Source of the DNA: Eledone cirrhosa
Lineage: Eukaryota
Assembly (NCBI GenBank): GCA_964016885.1
Contig: OZ024754.1
Span: forward strand, 42,160,001-42,224,000
DNA: 64,000 nt
Reading direction: 5' to 3'
Shown here: piece after piece, positions 26,184-38,721 of the stretch
Numbering within the stretch: the first letter of the stretch is position 1
Layout: each line of letters begins with the position of its first letter
Made by a program: the position numbers and the translations under genes
The notes under the pieces: generated by a model
Told to the model about the DNA's origin: nothing
Seen by the model: the letters and a program-made list of their open reading frames with translations, nothing else
Databases searched by the model: none

Positions 26184-27084
26184 CAACAAATACTTTTTCC
26201 TTAAGATGCGTTTTTTTGAACTTCGTTTTTTTTTTTATATTTATCAAATAATATTTTCAAATCTAGTCCCCCCCCCCCCACCTTTTCAGTGCGTTTTGTT
26301 TAGATGTCTTTTGTGAAATCTAAACTGTATTCCCCACCCCTCTCCCCTCATATCTCTTATCAAGTACATTGTGTATGTGTGTAAGCATGCATGCATGTGC
26401 ATGTATGTGTGTGTGTAAGCATGCATGTGTATGTAAGCATGTATGTGTGTATGTATGTATATATATATATATTTATATGCATGTATGTTTATGCAGATAC
26501 TATGAGGAGTTAATTGTAATCTTTTTTCTTTTTCTATATCCAGCCCCCCCCCCCCTCTCCTATTAAATCCTATTATAGTATTGATATAAGGGGGATGTGG
26601 GGGAGATATTCACCTTCAGGTTTCTGGTTCCGCTAACCTTGACATAGATTCCAAATAAAGACAGTAAAAACATCACTTCTATTAAATCAAGTGGAAAATT
26701 AGGAATTTATTTCAAAAATCTTTTCAAATTAAAAATTCCTAAAAGGAAATATTTCTTTTTCATTTGTTAATTTTTTTTTTTTAAATATATGCAAAAAAAA
26801 CAAAAAATTATTATTTGTAAAAATATTTAAATTCTAAGTTGTTACTTGTGATAAGAAAATAATTTTTGATGAAATGTTTAAAAATATTAAAATATAACTA
26901 GGTTTTTTAATTTTTGTTGGTTTTTTTTTTAGAAAAGTTTTTGTGGATATAGTATTATAAATTTGAAAAGGTCAAAATTTTATCAAATAGCTTTGTGAGA
27001 AATTTGTGTTACTTGCTCTAATTATGTATTATATTGTAAAACCTGAATTAGGCAGATTCATCATCAATATTATTTTACAGCATT

Positions 27085-27745
27085 ATCATCATCATCATAT
27101 ATTCTATTTCGACATGGGTTCTATAGATGGATTCTCCTCCTAATACCAACCACTTTATAGAGTGGACTGGGTGCATTTTCTCATGGCATCACCACTACCA
27201 CTTTACAGAGTGGACTGGGTGCATTTTCTCATGGCACCAGCACTACCACTTAACAGAGTGGAGTGGGCACCAGCACTACCGCTTTAGAGTGGACTGGGTG
27301 CATTTTATCATGGCAGCTGCACTATCATTTTTCAGAGTGGACTAGGGGTACTTTATCATGGCAACAACACTACCACTTTACAGAGCATACTGGGTGCATT
27401 TCAGCATGGAACCAACACTATCACTCTACAGAGTGGACTAGGGGTATTTTATCATGGCAACAACACTACCACTTTACAGAGCATACTGGGTGCATTTCAG
27501 CATGGAACCAACACTATCACTCTACAGAGTGGACTGGGGGTATTTTATCATGGCACCAGCACTATCACTTTACAGAGTGGACTGGGGGTATTTTATCATG
27601 GCACCAGCACTATCACTTTACAGAGTGGACTGGGGGTATTTTATCATGGCACCAGCACTATCACTTTACAGAGTGGACTGGGGGTATTTTATCACAACAC
27701 CAACACTACCACTTTACAGAGTGACAACTGCACTATCATTTTATC
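27085..27745 (-). mobile_element. Meta-domain SINE remnant with an internal 48-bp segment amplified about 12 times
   Basis: (CAT)n tail and tggattctcctcctaataccaaccac (reverse Meta core), then repeated accactttacagagtggactggg...ttttatcatggcaccagcact. Confidence 0.75.
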
Positions 27746-29229
27746 GATACACTGTAGACAAGTTCTAAGCAGAATTAATTAACAAAAAAAAAAACAAACA
27801 GATCATATAGAGTTTATCTTTTCCTCTTAAGTTGTGGAACTAACATTTCAGGGTAGAAACTAGATAGCTTAATTATATTTTAAGATATCTCTTTATTGGT
27901 TACTGAGAGAACATATGTGAATATCATGTGTGTGTTTATAATAAAGGATAAAGATCACATAACTCCTTGTGGAGTTGTAGAGGCACTGTTATACGGTGTG
28001 TCTAGGGCACTTTTAAACCTTGCAGAGCCCAACTCTCTCCAGGCCTGAACGCTGCCAATTTTTCTATAGAGGAAGAATCAACCCCAGTATTGGACTGGTA
28101 CTTTGTTTATCAACCTCAAAAGGATGAAAGGCAAAGCTAATGGCAGCAGGATTTGACTAGTAATGCTATCGTTCATCTTAGTACTCAATACCTAAGGAAA
28201 GTAGAGTACAGCTATTATTATTATTTAGATTCTTTGTATGAAACAAAATCAACTTGCCCCAAACCAACTGGTATTTTTAAACAAAACTGCCTGTTTTTAA
28301 TATTTCCTATTTAAATTAAAATATTCCAACATAATTACATATAAAAACATTTTGTTTGGGTTATAAATATTATCTTATAATAAAATAACTAGTAAATTTA
28401 GTATGGTAACAAAAGGGGTTATGGAAAACTTTTTGGGGAAAATGTTCCTCTGTTGTCTTGTAGTATTTTCTGCGCCATTTTCCTTTTCTGTTCCTTTCAC
28501 TGAACCCCCTCATCATCGCCATCATCATCATCACCGTTTTACGTCTATTCTTCCATGCTAGCATGGGTTAGACAGGTCGTCCTGTTGTGAGCAGTGCCAG
28601 GTCAGGTGACCTTGTCTTGTTCATACGGGAATTGATTTGGCTTGATTTCTACAGCTGGATGCCCTTCCCAACACCCACCTCATTTCAGTGAGTGCTGGGT
28701 GCTTTTTTTTTTTCTTCTTCCGTGGTGTCTACACGACCACTTTACAGTGTGGGGTGATTTTTTTTTTTTTTTTTTTTTTTTTTGTCGTGACACCTCCACA
28801 ACCACTTTGCAGTGGGAGGGTGTGGGGGCATATTGTCTATATGTTTTGGCTTCGGTTTGTTCCTGTGGAAAGTCGGGTCTTCTGTATTACTGACCAGAGG
28901 TCACGGTCCTGTGTCATTCCAAAGAAAAGCTTACACTCAGAACATGAAACAACTTCATATTTCCATTACTTAAGGCTCAAATTAATAATTTTAAATATGT
29001 CCCTTGTCTTTCCTCTTGTAGTTCTTTCCTTGTTGTAAATTTTTCACCTCAAGATATTTCTTCGAATCAGCTATAACTGAATATAAAGTCCTGATGGATA
29101 CTGGGCAGATTAAGAGATATATTATGTCAAATATATTGATCTTTTTAAGTAGGAAACCAGATGGTAGCCAATATAACACTTTGTAATATCATTATTATGT
29201 ATATGTATGTGTGTGTATGTATATGTTTG

Positions 29230-29263
<34 letters not shown>

Positions 29264-30113
29264 CGTTTGTATATATATATGTGTATAACATCATCATCAT
29301 CATCATTTTACGTCCGCTCTTCCCTGCTTGCAAGGGTATATATATATGTATATATGTATGCACATATATATGTGTATATATATGTATGCATATATATGTG
29401 TATATATGTCTGCATATATATATGTATATATACATATATGTATAGTGTGTGTGTGTGTGTGTGTATAATACACATTTCTGCCTCACCATGGTAAATAAGT
29501 CTGACATAAATCTCAACCCTTATCTTAGGCAAGTCCTATCCTTTTATTGTTTATTTATGACGTGGGTGGGATATAAATCTAAAGAAATGACTCAAAGATA
29601 CTGCAGAATATTTCTATAAGTTATTGTCAGAGTATTTGTCCAAATTGTTGTTTTATTGTGAAGATCTCGGGGCAAAGTATGTGGTGGTACTTCTACTGTC
29701 TTTAATTACATCTCCAATCATAATTGAATGTGTTTTATTGCTTTTATTTTAGTTATGTCATATATATATGAAACCGATCTCTCGAGACTTTTACGAAGTG
29801 CTGGGGTAATAAAGTTGATATAAAGAATTGAATGCTTATGTGTAGAGATGCTGTAAAATATTTTATAAAATAGTGAAGACCCTTAAAAATGACAACCTTT
29901 TTTCCATCATTAACCCTCTTGGTGCTGCAGGCGACTGAATGCGCCAATACTGATCTCCTTTTAATACTTGATACTATATCAAGGGAGGCAATTCATAAAA
30001 AATTCAGCCTCCATAAGGTTAAGGGTCTTCACCCTATCTTATAGAATCTCTGGGTACTCCATTCTTTGTATTAACTTTATATATCTGTAGTGGGTGGGTT
30101 ATGTATATTGTAA

Positions 30114-31494
30114 TGTAATAACTGTTGGTCCCTATATAGTGTAATAACTGTTGGTCCCTATATAGTGTAATAACTGTTGAACCCTATATATTGTAATGTA
30201 ATAACTGTTGGTCCCTATATAGTGTAATAACTGTTGATCCCTACATAGTATAATAACTGTTGATTCCTATATAGTGTAATAACTGTTGATCCCTATATAG
30301 TGTAATAACTGTTGGTTCCTATATAGTGTAATAACTGTTGATCCCTATATAGTATAACAGTTGGTTCCTATATAGTGTAATAACTGTTGGTCCCTATATA
30401 GTGTAATAACTGTTGATCCCTACATAGTATAATAACTGTTGATTCCTATATAGTGTAATAACTGTTGATCCCTACATAGTGTAATAACTGTTGATCCCTA
30501 TATAGTGTAATAACTGTTGATCCCTATATAGTGTAATAACTGTTGGTCCCTATATAGTGTAATAACTGTTGGTCATTATATAGTATAACTGTTGGTTCCT
30601 ATATAGTGTAATAACTGTTGGTCCCTATATAGTGTAATAACTGTTGGTCCCTATATAGTTTAATAACTGTTGGTCCCTATATAGTGTAATAACTGTTGGT
30701 CACTATATAGTATAACTGTTGGTTCCTATATAGTGTAATAACTGTTGATCCCTATATAGTGTAATAACTGTTGGTCCCTATATAGTGTAATAACTGTTGG
30801 TCCCTATATAGTGTAATAACTGTTGGTCCCTATATAGTGTAATAACTGTTGGTCCCTATATAGTGTAATAACTGTTGGTCACTATATAGTATAACTGTTG
30901 GTTCCTATATAGTGTAATAACTGTTGGTCCCTATATAGTGTAATAACTGTTGGTTCCTATATAGTGTAATGACCGTTGGTCCCTAAATAGTGTAATAACT
31001 GTTGGTCCCTATATAGTGTAATAACTGTTGGTCCCTATATAGTGTAATAACTGTTGATCCCTATATAGTGTAATAACTGTTGGTCCCTATATAGTGTAAT
31101 AACTGTTGGTTCCTATATAGTGTAATAACTGTTGGTCCCTATATAGTGTAATAACTGTTGGTCCCTATATAGTGTAATAACTGTTGGTCCCTATATAGTG
31201 TAATAACTGTTGGTTCCTATATAGTGTAATAACTGTTGGTTCCTATATAGTGTAATAACTGTTGGTTCCTATATAGTGTAATAACTGTTGGTCCCTATAT
31301 AGTGTAATAACTGTTGGTCCCTATATAGTGTAATAACTGTTGATCCCTATATAGTGTAATAACTGTTGATCCCTATATAGTGTAATAACTGTTGGTCCCT
31401 ATATAGTGTAATAACTGTTTATCTCTCTATATAGTGTAATAACTGTTTATCTCTCTCTCTATATATATATAGTGTAATAACTTGGTTTCTATAT
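30114..31494. repeat. 26-bp satellite, about 50 copies, abutting the acceptor of the first EVH1 exon
   Basis: Unit aataactgttggtccctatatagtgt. The last degenerate unit ends about 10 nt before the AG at 31504-31505. Confidence 0.96.
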
Positions 31495-31505
31495 ATTTAT
31501 TGTAG

Positions 31506-31671
31506 TGAAGTACCAATTGTAACTGCTCGAGCCTCGGTGATGACTTATGATGAGCCTAATAAGAAATGGATTCCCAAAGGGAAATCACAAGGCCTTTCCA
31601 AAGTTCAAATCTTCCATCATACATCCAACAACACTTTCCGTGTAGTTGCAAGGAAAGTACCAGATCATGAG
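31506..31671 (+). CDS. ena: Ena/VASP family gene, coding exon for the N-terminal half of the EVH1 domain
   Basis: tgtAG|T GAA GTA...CAT GAG|GTAAGT. Translates (x)EVPIVTARASVMTYDEPNKKWIPKGKSQGLSKVQIFHHTSNNTFRVVARKVPDHE, colinear with Mena/Ena [56 protein letters not shown]. 166 nt, phase 2 in and phase 0 out. Not shown in the ORF track. Confidence 0.96.
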
Positions 31672-31741
31672 GTAAGTTAAAGATCAAGATTATCTCCTTG
31701 TTTTTCAGTGGTGCATATTACAAGATTAGCAGAGCGGTGGC

Positions 31742-31958
31742 TTAACCCTTTAGCATTCACATTACTCTATACATACTATTACATTTTCATGGTAAAGGCT
31801 TTATCTCACGTAAATATTGACTCTATGATATTTTGATGTTATTTATTTTGAGGACAATACCTTAACATCAGTATGAGTGGATGGTTTTGGCCGGTTTGAA
31901 CAGAAAGAGGTGAAAGAATGCTCGCTGGATGCGGTCGGTTTAAATGCTAAAGGGTTAA
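31742..31958. mobile_element. piggyBac-like MITE inserted in the head of a Nin-SINE
   Basis: TTAA at 31742-45 and 31955-58, perfect TIR CCCTTTAGCATT. The flanks rejoin to a SINE head (aagttcaaatcc B-box near 32000). Confidence 0.85.
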
Positions 31959-32051
31959 AATACCATTGTGATATTTGTTCTGGCTCTTTACATTCTAAGT
32001 TCAAATCCGGCTGAGATCAATTTTGTCTTTTCATACTTTCAAGGTTAATAA

Positions 32052-33078
32052 AATAAAATGGCCACCAAGCCAAGTATTTGGGTTGGTTTAATAAAATGGC
32101 CACCAAGCCAAGTATTTGGGTTGGTTTAATAAAATGGCCACCAAGCCAAGTATTGGGGTTGGTTTAATAAAATGGCCACCAAGCCAAGTATTTGGGTTGG
32201 TTTAATAAAATGGCCACCAAGCCAAGTATTGGGGTTGGTTTAATAAAATGGCCACCAAGCCAAGTATTGGGGTTGGTTTAATAAAATGGCCACCAAGCCA
32301 AGTATTTGGGTTGGTTTAATAAAATGGCCACCAAGCCAAGTATTGGGGTTGGTTTAATAAAATGGCCACCAAGCCAAGTATTGGGGTTGGTTTAATAAAA
32401 TGGCCACCAAGCCAAGTATTTGGGTTGGTTTAATAAAATGGCCACCAAGCCAAGTATTTGGGTTGGTTTAATAAAATGGCCACCAAGCCAAGTATTGGGG
32501 TTGGTTTAATAAAATGGCCACCAAGCCAAGTATTGGGGTTGGTTTAATAAAATGGCCACCAAGCCAAGTATTGGGGTTGGTTTAATAAAATGGCCACCAA
32601 GCCAAGTATTTGGGTTGGTTTAATAAAATGGCCACCAAGCCAAGTATTGGGGTTGGTTTAATAAAATGGCCACCAAGCCAAGTATTTGGGTTGGTTTAAT
32701 AAAATGGCCACCAAGCCAAGTATTTGGGTTGGTTTAATAAAATGGCCACCAAGCCAAGTATTGGGGTTGGTTTAATAAAATGGCCACCAAGCCAAGTATT
32801 GGGGTTGGTTTAATAAAATGGCCACCAAGCCAAGTATTTGGGTTGGTTTAATAAAATGGCCACCAAGCCAAGTATTGGGGTTGGTTTAATAAAATGGCCA
32901 CCAAGCCAAGTATTGGGGTTGGTTTAATAAAATGCCCACCAAGCCAAGTATTGGGGTTGGTTTAATAAAATGGCCACCAAGCCAAGTATTGGGGTTGGTT
33001 TAATAAAATGGCCACCAAGCCAAGTATTGGGGTTGGTTTAATAAAATGCCCACCAAGCCAAGTATTTGGGTTTAATAA
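32052..33078. repeat. 38-bp satellite, about 27 copies, expanded inside a Nin-SINE
   Basis: Unit aataaaatggccaccaagccaagtatt(g/t)gggttggttt. SINE sequence resumes after the array (aaattgctggccttctgcc). Confidence 0.93.
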
Positions 33079-33253
33079 AAAAAATTGCTGGCCTTCTGCC
33101 TAAATTAAAAATAAATAAATTTTCAATTTTTGGGGGAGAAAAAACAAAAACAGAAAACAAATCAGACCGAATTGTATGATGTTTTAAATGGTGTCTAATT
33201 TTGAGGTTTAAAGGTGTAAATAGCTTAGTTATTAGATTGTTTGGTTCATGATA

Positions 33254-33423
33254 TTAACCCTTTAGCATTTACATTACTCTATATTTACTATTGTTTTTCA
33301 CGGTAAAGGCTTTAATTGTCTCACATATAACATCAGTATGAGTGGCCAGTTATGGCCAGTTTGAATAGAAAGAAGTGAGAGAATTTTGGCCGGATATGGC
33401 CAGTTTAAATGCTAAAGGTTTAA
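33254..33423. mobile_element. Internally deleted piggyBac-like MITE inserted in a CORE-type SINE
   Basis: TTAA-CCCTTTAGCATT...AATGCTAAAGGT-TTAA, followed by agcaagacactttatttcatgctgttccagtccactcagctg. Confidence 0.75.
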
Positions 33424-34164
33424 GGTCATGAGTCAGATTCCTGGTGGTGCTTCGTGCTGATAAGCAAGACACTTTATTTCATGCTGTTCCAGTCCACTCA
33501 GCTGAGGAAAAGGAGTTGTACCTATAATTCAAAGGGCCAGCATTATCCTGCCCTGTACTCATGCTTATTTTAGCTAATTCCTCATCATCACCGTCATCAT
33601 TTTTACACCTGTTCTTTCATATGTCATCTCTTTTGTGAGGTGTAGTTTTTTGAGGTCAACTTTCACCACCTCCTCTCAAGTGTTTCTTGGTCTTCTAATT
33701 CAAACAAGTTTAATTAATAAAATTTGTTTCCCCAGATAGTTTAACTCACTGCTAGGATCACATTTATTTCAATTTGTTCTAATACAGATACTTAACAAAC
33801 ATCAACTAATCTGTTTTTAACCAGAAAACATCTCTTCTAATCTGCTTTGTCTATAGAAACATCTGCTCACAGATAAAATCTAAATTTATAGATCTATACA
33901 TCTGGTGCCAACATTGGCAATGGGTACAATGGGTTAAGTGGGAGGGAGCACCTTACTGCAGTTTAGCTATTTATATGCCTGGGTGTGAATAGTGGGTTAA
34001 GTGAGGGTGGGAGGTGGGGAGACTTAACTGCAGTTTAGCTATTTATGTCTGGGTGTCAACTATCAAAATGAGGGTTCAAGTTACAAGCATGAAATCAACT
34101 TGTATTTCCTCATCATAGTTTCTATCTCCTGGTAGTAGCAATTTACTTCTGTTAGGGATAGATA

Positions 34165-34719
34165 TGTTTCTTTATTAGCCACAGGGGCACAAAAGAAGGG
34201 GACAAATACAAAGGGGGAAGTTTACATACAATAAAAACGTGTAAAATGTTATCACAAATGCAATTTAAAAAGTTAGTCGATTTTCCCCAATGGGGGGGGG
34301 GGGCACAGTTTATATGGGTAACACATACCCCCGAAAAAATGTGCAACCCTCAACTCCAGGAGTACGAAGAGTTTGTACTCCTTTCCTCTCCTCCTCCTTT
34401 TCCTCAACCTACAGGTTGATATAGAGAGAAGGCCCATTCACTCGGGCCATTCTCGCCACTTTCACCCACCTTTCATAAAACTTGCTGGGGTGCAGCACCT
34501 CTCTCTCCATCCTGGGGTACAGCACCTCTCTCTCCATCCTGATTCTTCTTCCAAAGTGGTATTTGAAAAAAAGAATCAGTTGTTGGCCGGAGAGAAAGGT
34601 GTCTGACCTCAGCCCTTTCAACCTTGTCCACCATACAACCTCTTTCGCCATAGCTATCACACAAAGGAAAACCGCCTCTCCTTCGTTTTTGAAGGAGGGT
34701 GGCGGTTTGATCATGACAA
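34165..34719 (-). mobile_element. 5'-truncated L1/Tx1-like LINE (ORF2 C-terminus plus 3' UTR) with 15-bp TSD
   Basis: Minus frame reads AVFLCVIAMAKEVVWWTRLKG...FFKYHFGRRIRMEREVL...FYERWVKVA, resembling the AK..IW..R...F...W end of L1/Tx1 ORF2. The 3' end is ggctAATAAAgaaaca. TSD tgttagggatagata at 34150-34164 and 34720-34734. Confidence 0.72.
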
Positions 34720-34726
34720 TGTTAGG

Positions 34727-34985
34727 GATAGATAGATAGGTAGATAGAGAGATAGAGGGTGAGATAGATAGATATATAGAGAGAGGTAGATGGATAGATA
34801 GGTAGTAGGTAGGTAGATAGATAGATAGATACGTAGGTAGGTAAATAGATGGATAGATAGAGAGAGAGATAAGTAGATAGATAGTTTGATTGATAGATAG
34901 ATGGTTATATTGATAGATAAGTAGGTAAATAAGATAGAAAAACACAGACACAGACATAGGTAGGTGAATGGAAGGGTAGATAGAT
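34727..34985. repeat. (GATA/GGTA)n microsatellite
   Basis: Direct inspection. Confidence 0.9.
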
Positions 34986-35127
34986 GTGTGATGTGCCGGA
35001 GCCAAACTAATAGACGCCAATTATAAGAGAAGTGAAATATCAGCCGAAGCATGGCTATTAAATATGATTGTACACTTATTTACAGCACTTGTGAGTCTGT
35101 GTGTGTTTAAACTCTCCCTGGAACAGT

Positions 35128-35512
35128 GCAGCAGCAGCAGCAGCAGCAGCACTGTTACCACCACCACCACCATCACCATCAGCACCATCAACACCACTAT
35201 TACCACCACCAGCACCACTATTACCACCACCATCACCACCACTATTACCACCACCACCAACGCCAGCACCATCACCACCAGCACCATCAACACCACTATT
35301 ACCACCACCACCACCACCAGCACCACTATTACCACTACCACCACTATTACCACCACTACCACCACCACTACCACCACCACTATTACCACCACCACCACCA
35401 CCACCACTATTACCACCACTATTACCACCACCACCACCACCACTACCACCACCACCACTACCACCACCACTACCACCACCACTACTACCACCACCACCAC
35501 TAGCACCACCAG
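35128..35512. repeat. (CAG)n plus (CCA/CTA)n trinucleotide array
   Basis: Low complexity. Source of the poly-T/P/H/G/V ORFs. Confidence 0.9.
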
Positions 35513-36031
35513 AGCTTAACACAGTCTAATAAAACAAACAAACAAACACCACAAAACAACACAGTACTAAAATGTAAATTAGTAATAAGAGTCAATATAA
35601 AATGTGAGAATTGTAGTAATTCTGGATGTTTCTACAAGTTCCAACCAATATCTCAGTAAATATTACAAGACTTATGTTTGAACTACCTCCTCCTCCTCCA
35701 CCTGTCCTCCTCCTCCTTCTTGTCTCTCTCTCTTCTCCTCCTCCTTCTTCTTGTCTCTCTCTCTTCTCCTCCTCCTTCCTTCATTGTTTGTTCAAAGTAG
35801 CAACTCTTCTCTTTTTAATAGATTGATTGTATGGAGTAACTTACATGTAGTAATGTTGTTGTTGTTGTTGGTGGTGTTGTACTGTTGTTGTTGTTGTTGT
35901 TGTGTACTGTTGCTGCTGCTGCTGTTGTACTGCTCCTGTTGCTGCTGTTGTTGTTATGCTGTTCCGCAGCACATAACTTATGAGGGATGCAGTTGTTTTA
36001 GTTTTAGGGTTGTGAATATATATATATATAT

Positions 36032-36150
36032 ATAGGAAAAAGTATGACCCCGACGGCAGAGCTCAAGCCGTTTCGACGGCTATTTCTGGAGTCCAGAAAT
36101 AGCCGTCGAAACGGCTTGAGCTCTGCCGTCGGGGTCATACTTTTTCCTAT
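36032..36150. repeat. Perfect 119-bp palindrome (59-bp arms, 1-nt spacer) in a (TA)n-flanked element
   Basis: ataggaaaaagtatgacccc...tatttctgga-G(36091)-tccagaaata...ggggtcatactttttcctat. Related half copies at 36503-36548, 43685-43748 and 46251-46277. Confidence 0.95.
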
Positions 36151-36226
36151 TTCCCACTCTACTACCCTAAGTATTGAGTACTCTGGTGCGTTATGGTCCA
36201 TCTGGTTCCTTACCACAATTCCTTTG

Positions 36227-36265
<39 letters not shown>

Positions 36266-36646
36266 CCGTCCAAACCCATGCAAGCGTGGAACACGGACGT
36301 TAAACGATGATGATGATGATGATGATATATATATATAACCTGCATATAAATTACCGCCAACTCGCTGCCTAACTATGGAAACATCTTGTTGAGTCAAACA
36401 AAGCCGTACGTTAAAACTATTCACGACACAGAGTACTGACAACCCCTAACTGGATTACCTATAACAACAATTTGTTACCCCATATATATATATATATATA
36501 TATTCAGATCTAGCTGTCGAAATGGCCGGAGCTCAGCTGTTGGGGTTATAAAATGTATTTTATATAGTTTGCTGCTTATCTTATTGATCTCTGTTTGTTG
36601 AGCTGCTAAGTTGTGGGACAAAAGCAAGCAACACTGGTATAAATAC

Positions 36647-36885
<239 letters not shown>

Positions 36886-37311
36886 TATGCAGACACTAAA
36901 ATGACAGTTTCTTTTCCCCTATCATAGAAGTAGATGTAATTCCAAGCAAGTTGGTATCAAGAGGGTTAAGGTTAAGTTAATGTCATCCTCTTCACTTTCT
37001 CTATTTTTCTATATTTTACATCTTTCCAATATTAACGCAGTCTTCAAAGATTTCTTTTTTTTTTTCTTTGCTATTTCAAGAGCCATATTCTTTCTAGCTT
37101 GTTCAACATTTCTATATGGCTTCACTCTGTTGAAAATGTTTCTACAGACAGAACTTGTCACTTTTGATATTTAGATTTCTAGCAATATATTTAAGTTGAA
37201 TGTAATATGCATTAATATAATCCTAGCACCAATTGATTGAAATCCCTGTTTATTAAGGAAGACAGTTTACATTTGATGAATACAATATAGAATATTTAAT
37301 AACCTAGGTAT

Positions 37312-38721
37312 GGAGGCACATGGCTTAGTGGTTAGAGCATTGGGCTTGCAATCGAAAGGTTGTGAGTTCAATTCTCAGACCGGGTGATGTGTTGTTTCCT
37401 TGAGCAAGACACTTTATTTCACATTGCTCCAGTTTACTCAGCTGTAGAAATGAGATGATAGGGACTGGGGTCCCTATCATTCCACTGTAAAGTGGTCGTG
37501 TAGGCGCCATGGCAAAAAAGCACCCAGCCCACACTGTAAAGTGGTCGTGTAGGCGCCACAGAAATAAAAAGTACCCAGCCCACACTGTAAAGTGGTCATG
37601 TAGGCGCCACAGAAATAAAAAGTACCCAGCCCACACTGTAAAGTGGTCGTGTAGGCACCACAGAAATAAAAAGTACCCAGCCCACACTGTAAAGTGGTCG
37701 TGTAGGCGCCACAGAAATAAAAAGTACCCAGCCCACACTGTAAAGTGATCGTGTAGGCGCCACAGAAATAAAAAGTACCCAGCCCACACTGTAAAGTGGT
37801 CGTGTAGGCGCCACAGAAATAAAAAGTACCCAGCCCACACTGTAAAGTGATCGTGTAGGCGCCACAGAAATAAAAAGTACCCAGCCCACACTGTAAAGTG
37901 GTCATGTAGGCACCACAGAAATAAAAAGTACCCAGCCCACACTGTAAAGTGGTCGTGTAGGCGCCACAGAAATAAAAAGCACCCAGCCCACACTGTAAAG
38001 TGGTCATGTAGGCACCACAGAAATAAAAAGTACCCAGCCCACACTGTAAAGTGATCGTGTAGGCGCCACAGAAATAAAAAGTACCCAGCCCACACTGTAA
38101 AGTGGTCATGTAGGCGCCACAGAAATAAAAAGTACCCAGCCCACACTGTAAAGTGGTCGTGTAGGCACCACAGAAATAAAAAGTACCCAGCCCACACTGT
38201 AAAGTGGTCGTGTAGGCGCCACAGAAATAAAAAGTACCCAGCCCACACTGTAAAGTGATCGTGTAGGCGCCACAGAAATAAAAAGTACCCAGCCCACACT
38301 GTAAAGTGGTCGTGTAGGCGCCACAGAAATAAAAAGTACCCAGCCCACACTGTAAAGTGGTCATGTAGGCACCACAGAAATAAAAAGTACCCAGCCCACA
38401 CTGTAAAGTGGTCGTGTAGGCGCCACAGAAATAAAAAGTACCCAGCCCACACTGTAAAGTGGTCATGTAGGCACCACAGAAATAAAAAGTACCCAGCCCA
38501 CACTGTAAAGTGATCGTGTAGGCACCACAGAAATAAAAAGTACCCAGCCCACACTGTAAAGTGGTCGTGTAGGCACCACAGAAATAAAAAGTACCCAGCC
38601 CACACTGTAAATGAGGTTGGTGTTAGGAAGGGCATCCAGCTGTAGAAATCAAGCCAGAATCAGTTCCTGTCCCACCCTTGCAAGCAGGGAAGGGTGGATG
38701 TAGAATGATGATGATGATGAT
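37312..38721 (+). mobile_element. Full-length tRNA-CORE-Meta composite SINE inflated by a 51-bp internal array of about 22 copies
   Basis: A-box tggcttagtggttag, B-box gagttcaattc, CORE-like ccttgagcaagacacttt...ctgtagaaatgag, array at 37482-38610, Meta-like ggttggtgttaggaagggcatccagc, and a (GAT)n tail. Confidence 0.88.

Noticed and set aside
35064-35529. Poly-Pro ORF resembling the Ena proline-rich region
   Set aside because: It lies between the two EVH1 exons, is a (CCA)n microsatellite and is open in most frames.
37320-37385. tRNA gene
   Set aside because: A and B boxes are present, but there is no clean cloverleaf and the sequence continues into a SINE body.
37325-38635. 436-aa ORF with a 17-aa repeat
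   Set aside because: It is the antisense reading of a SINE with a 51-bp internal expansion.
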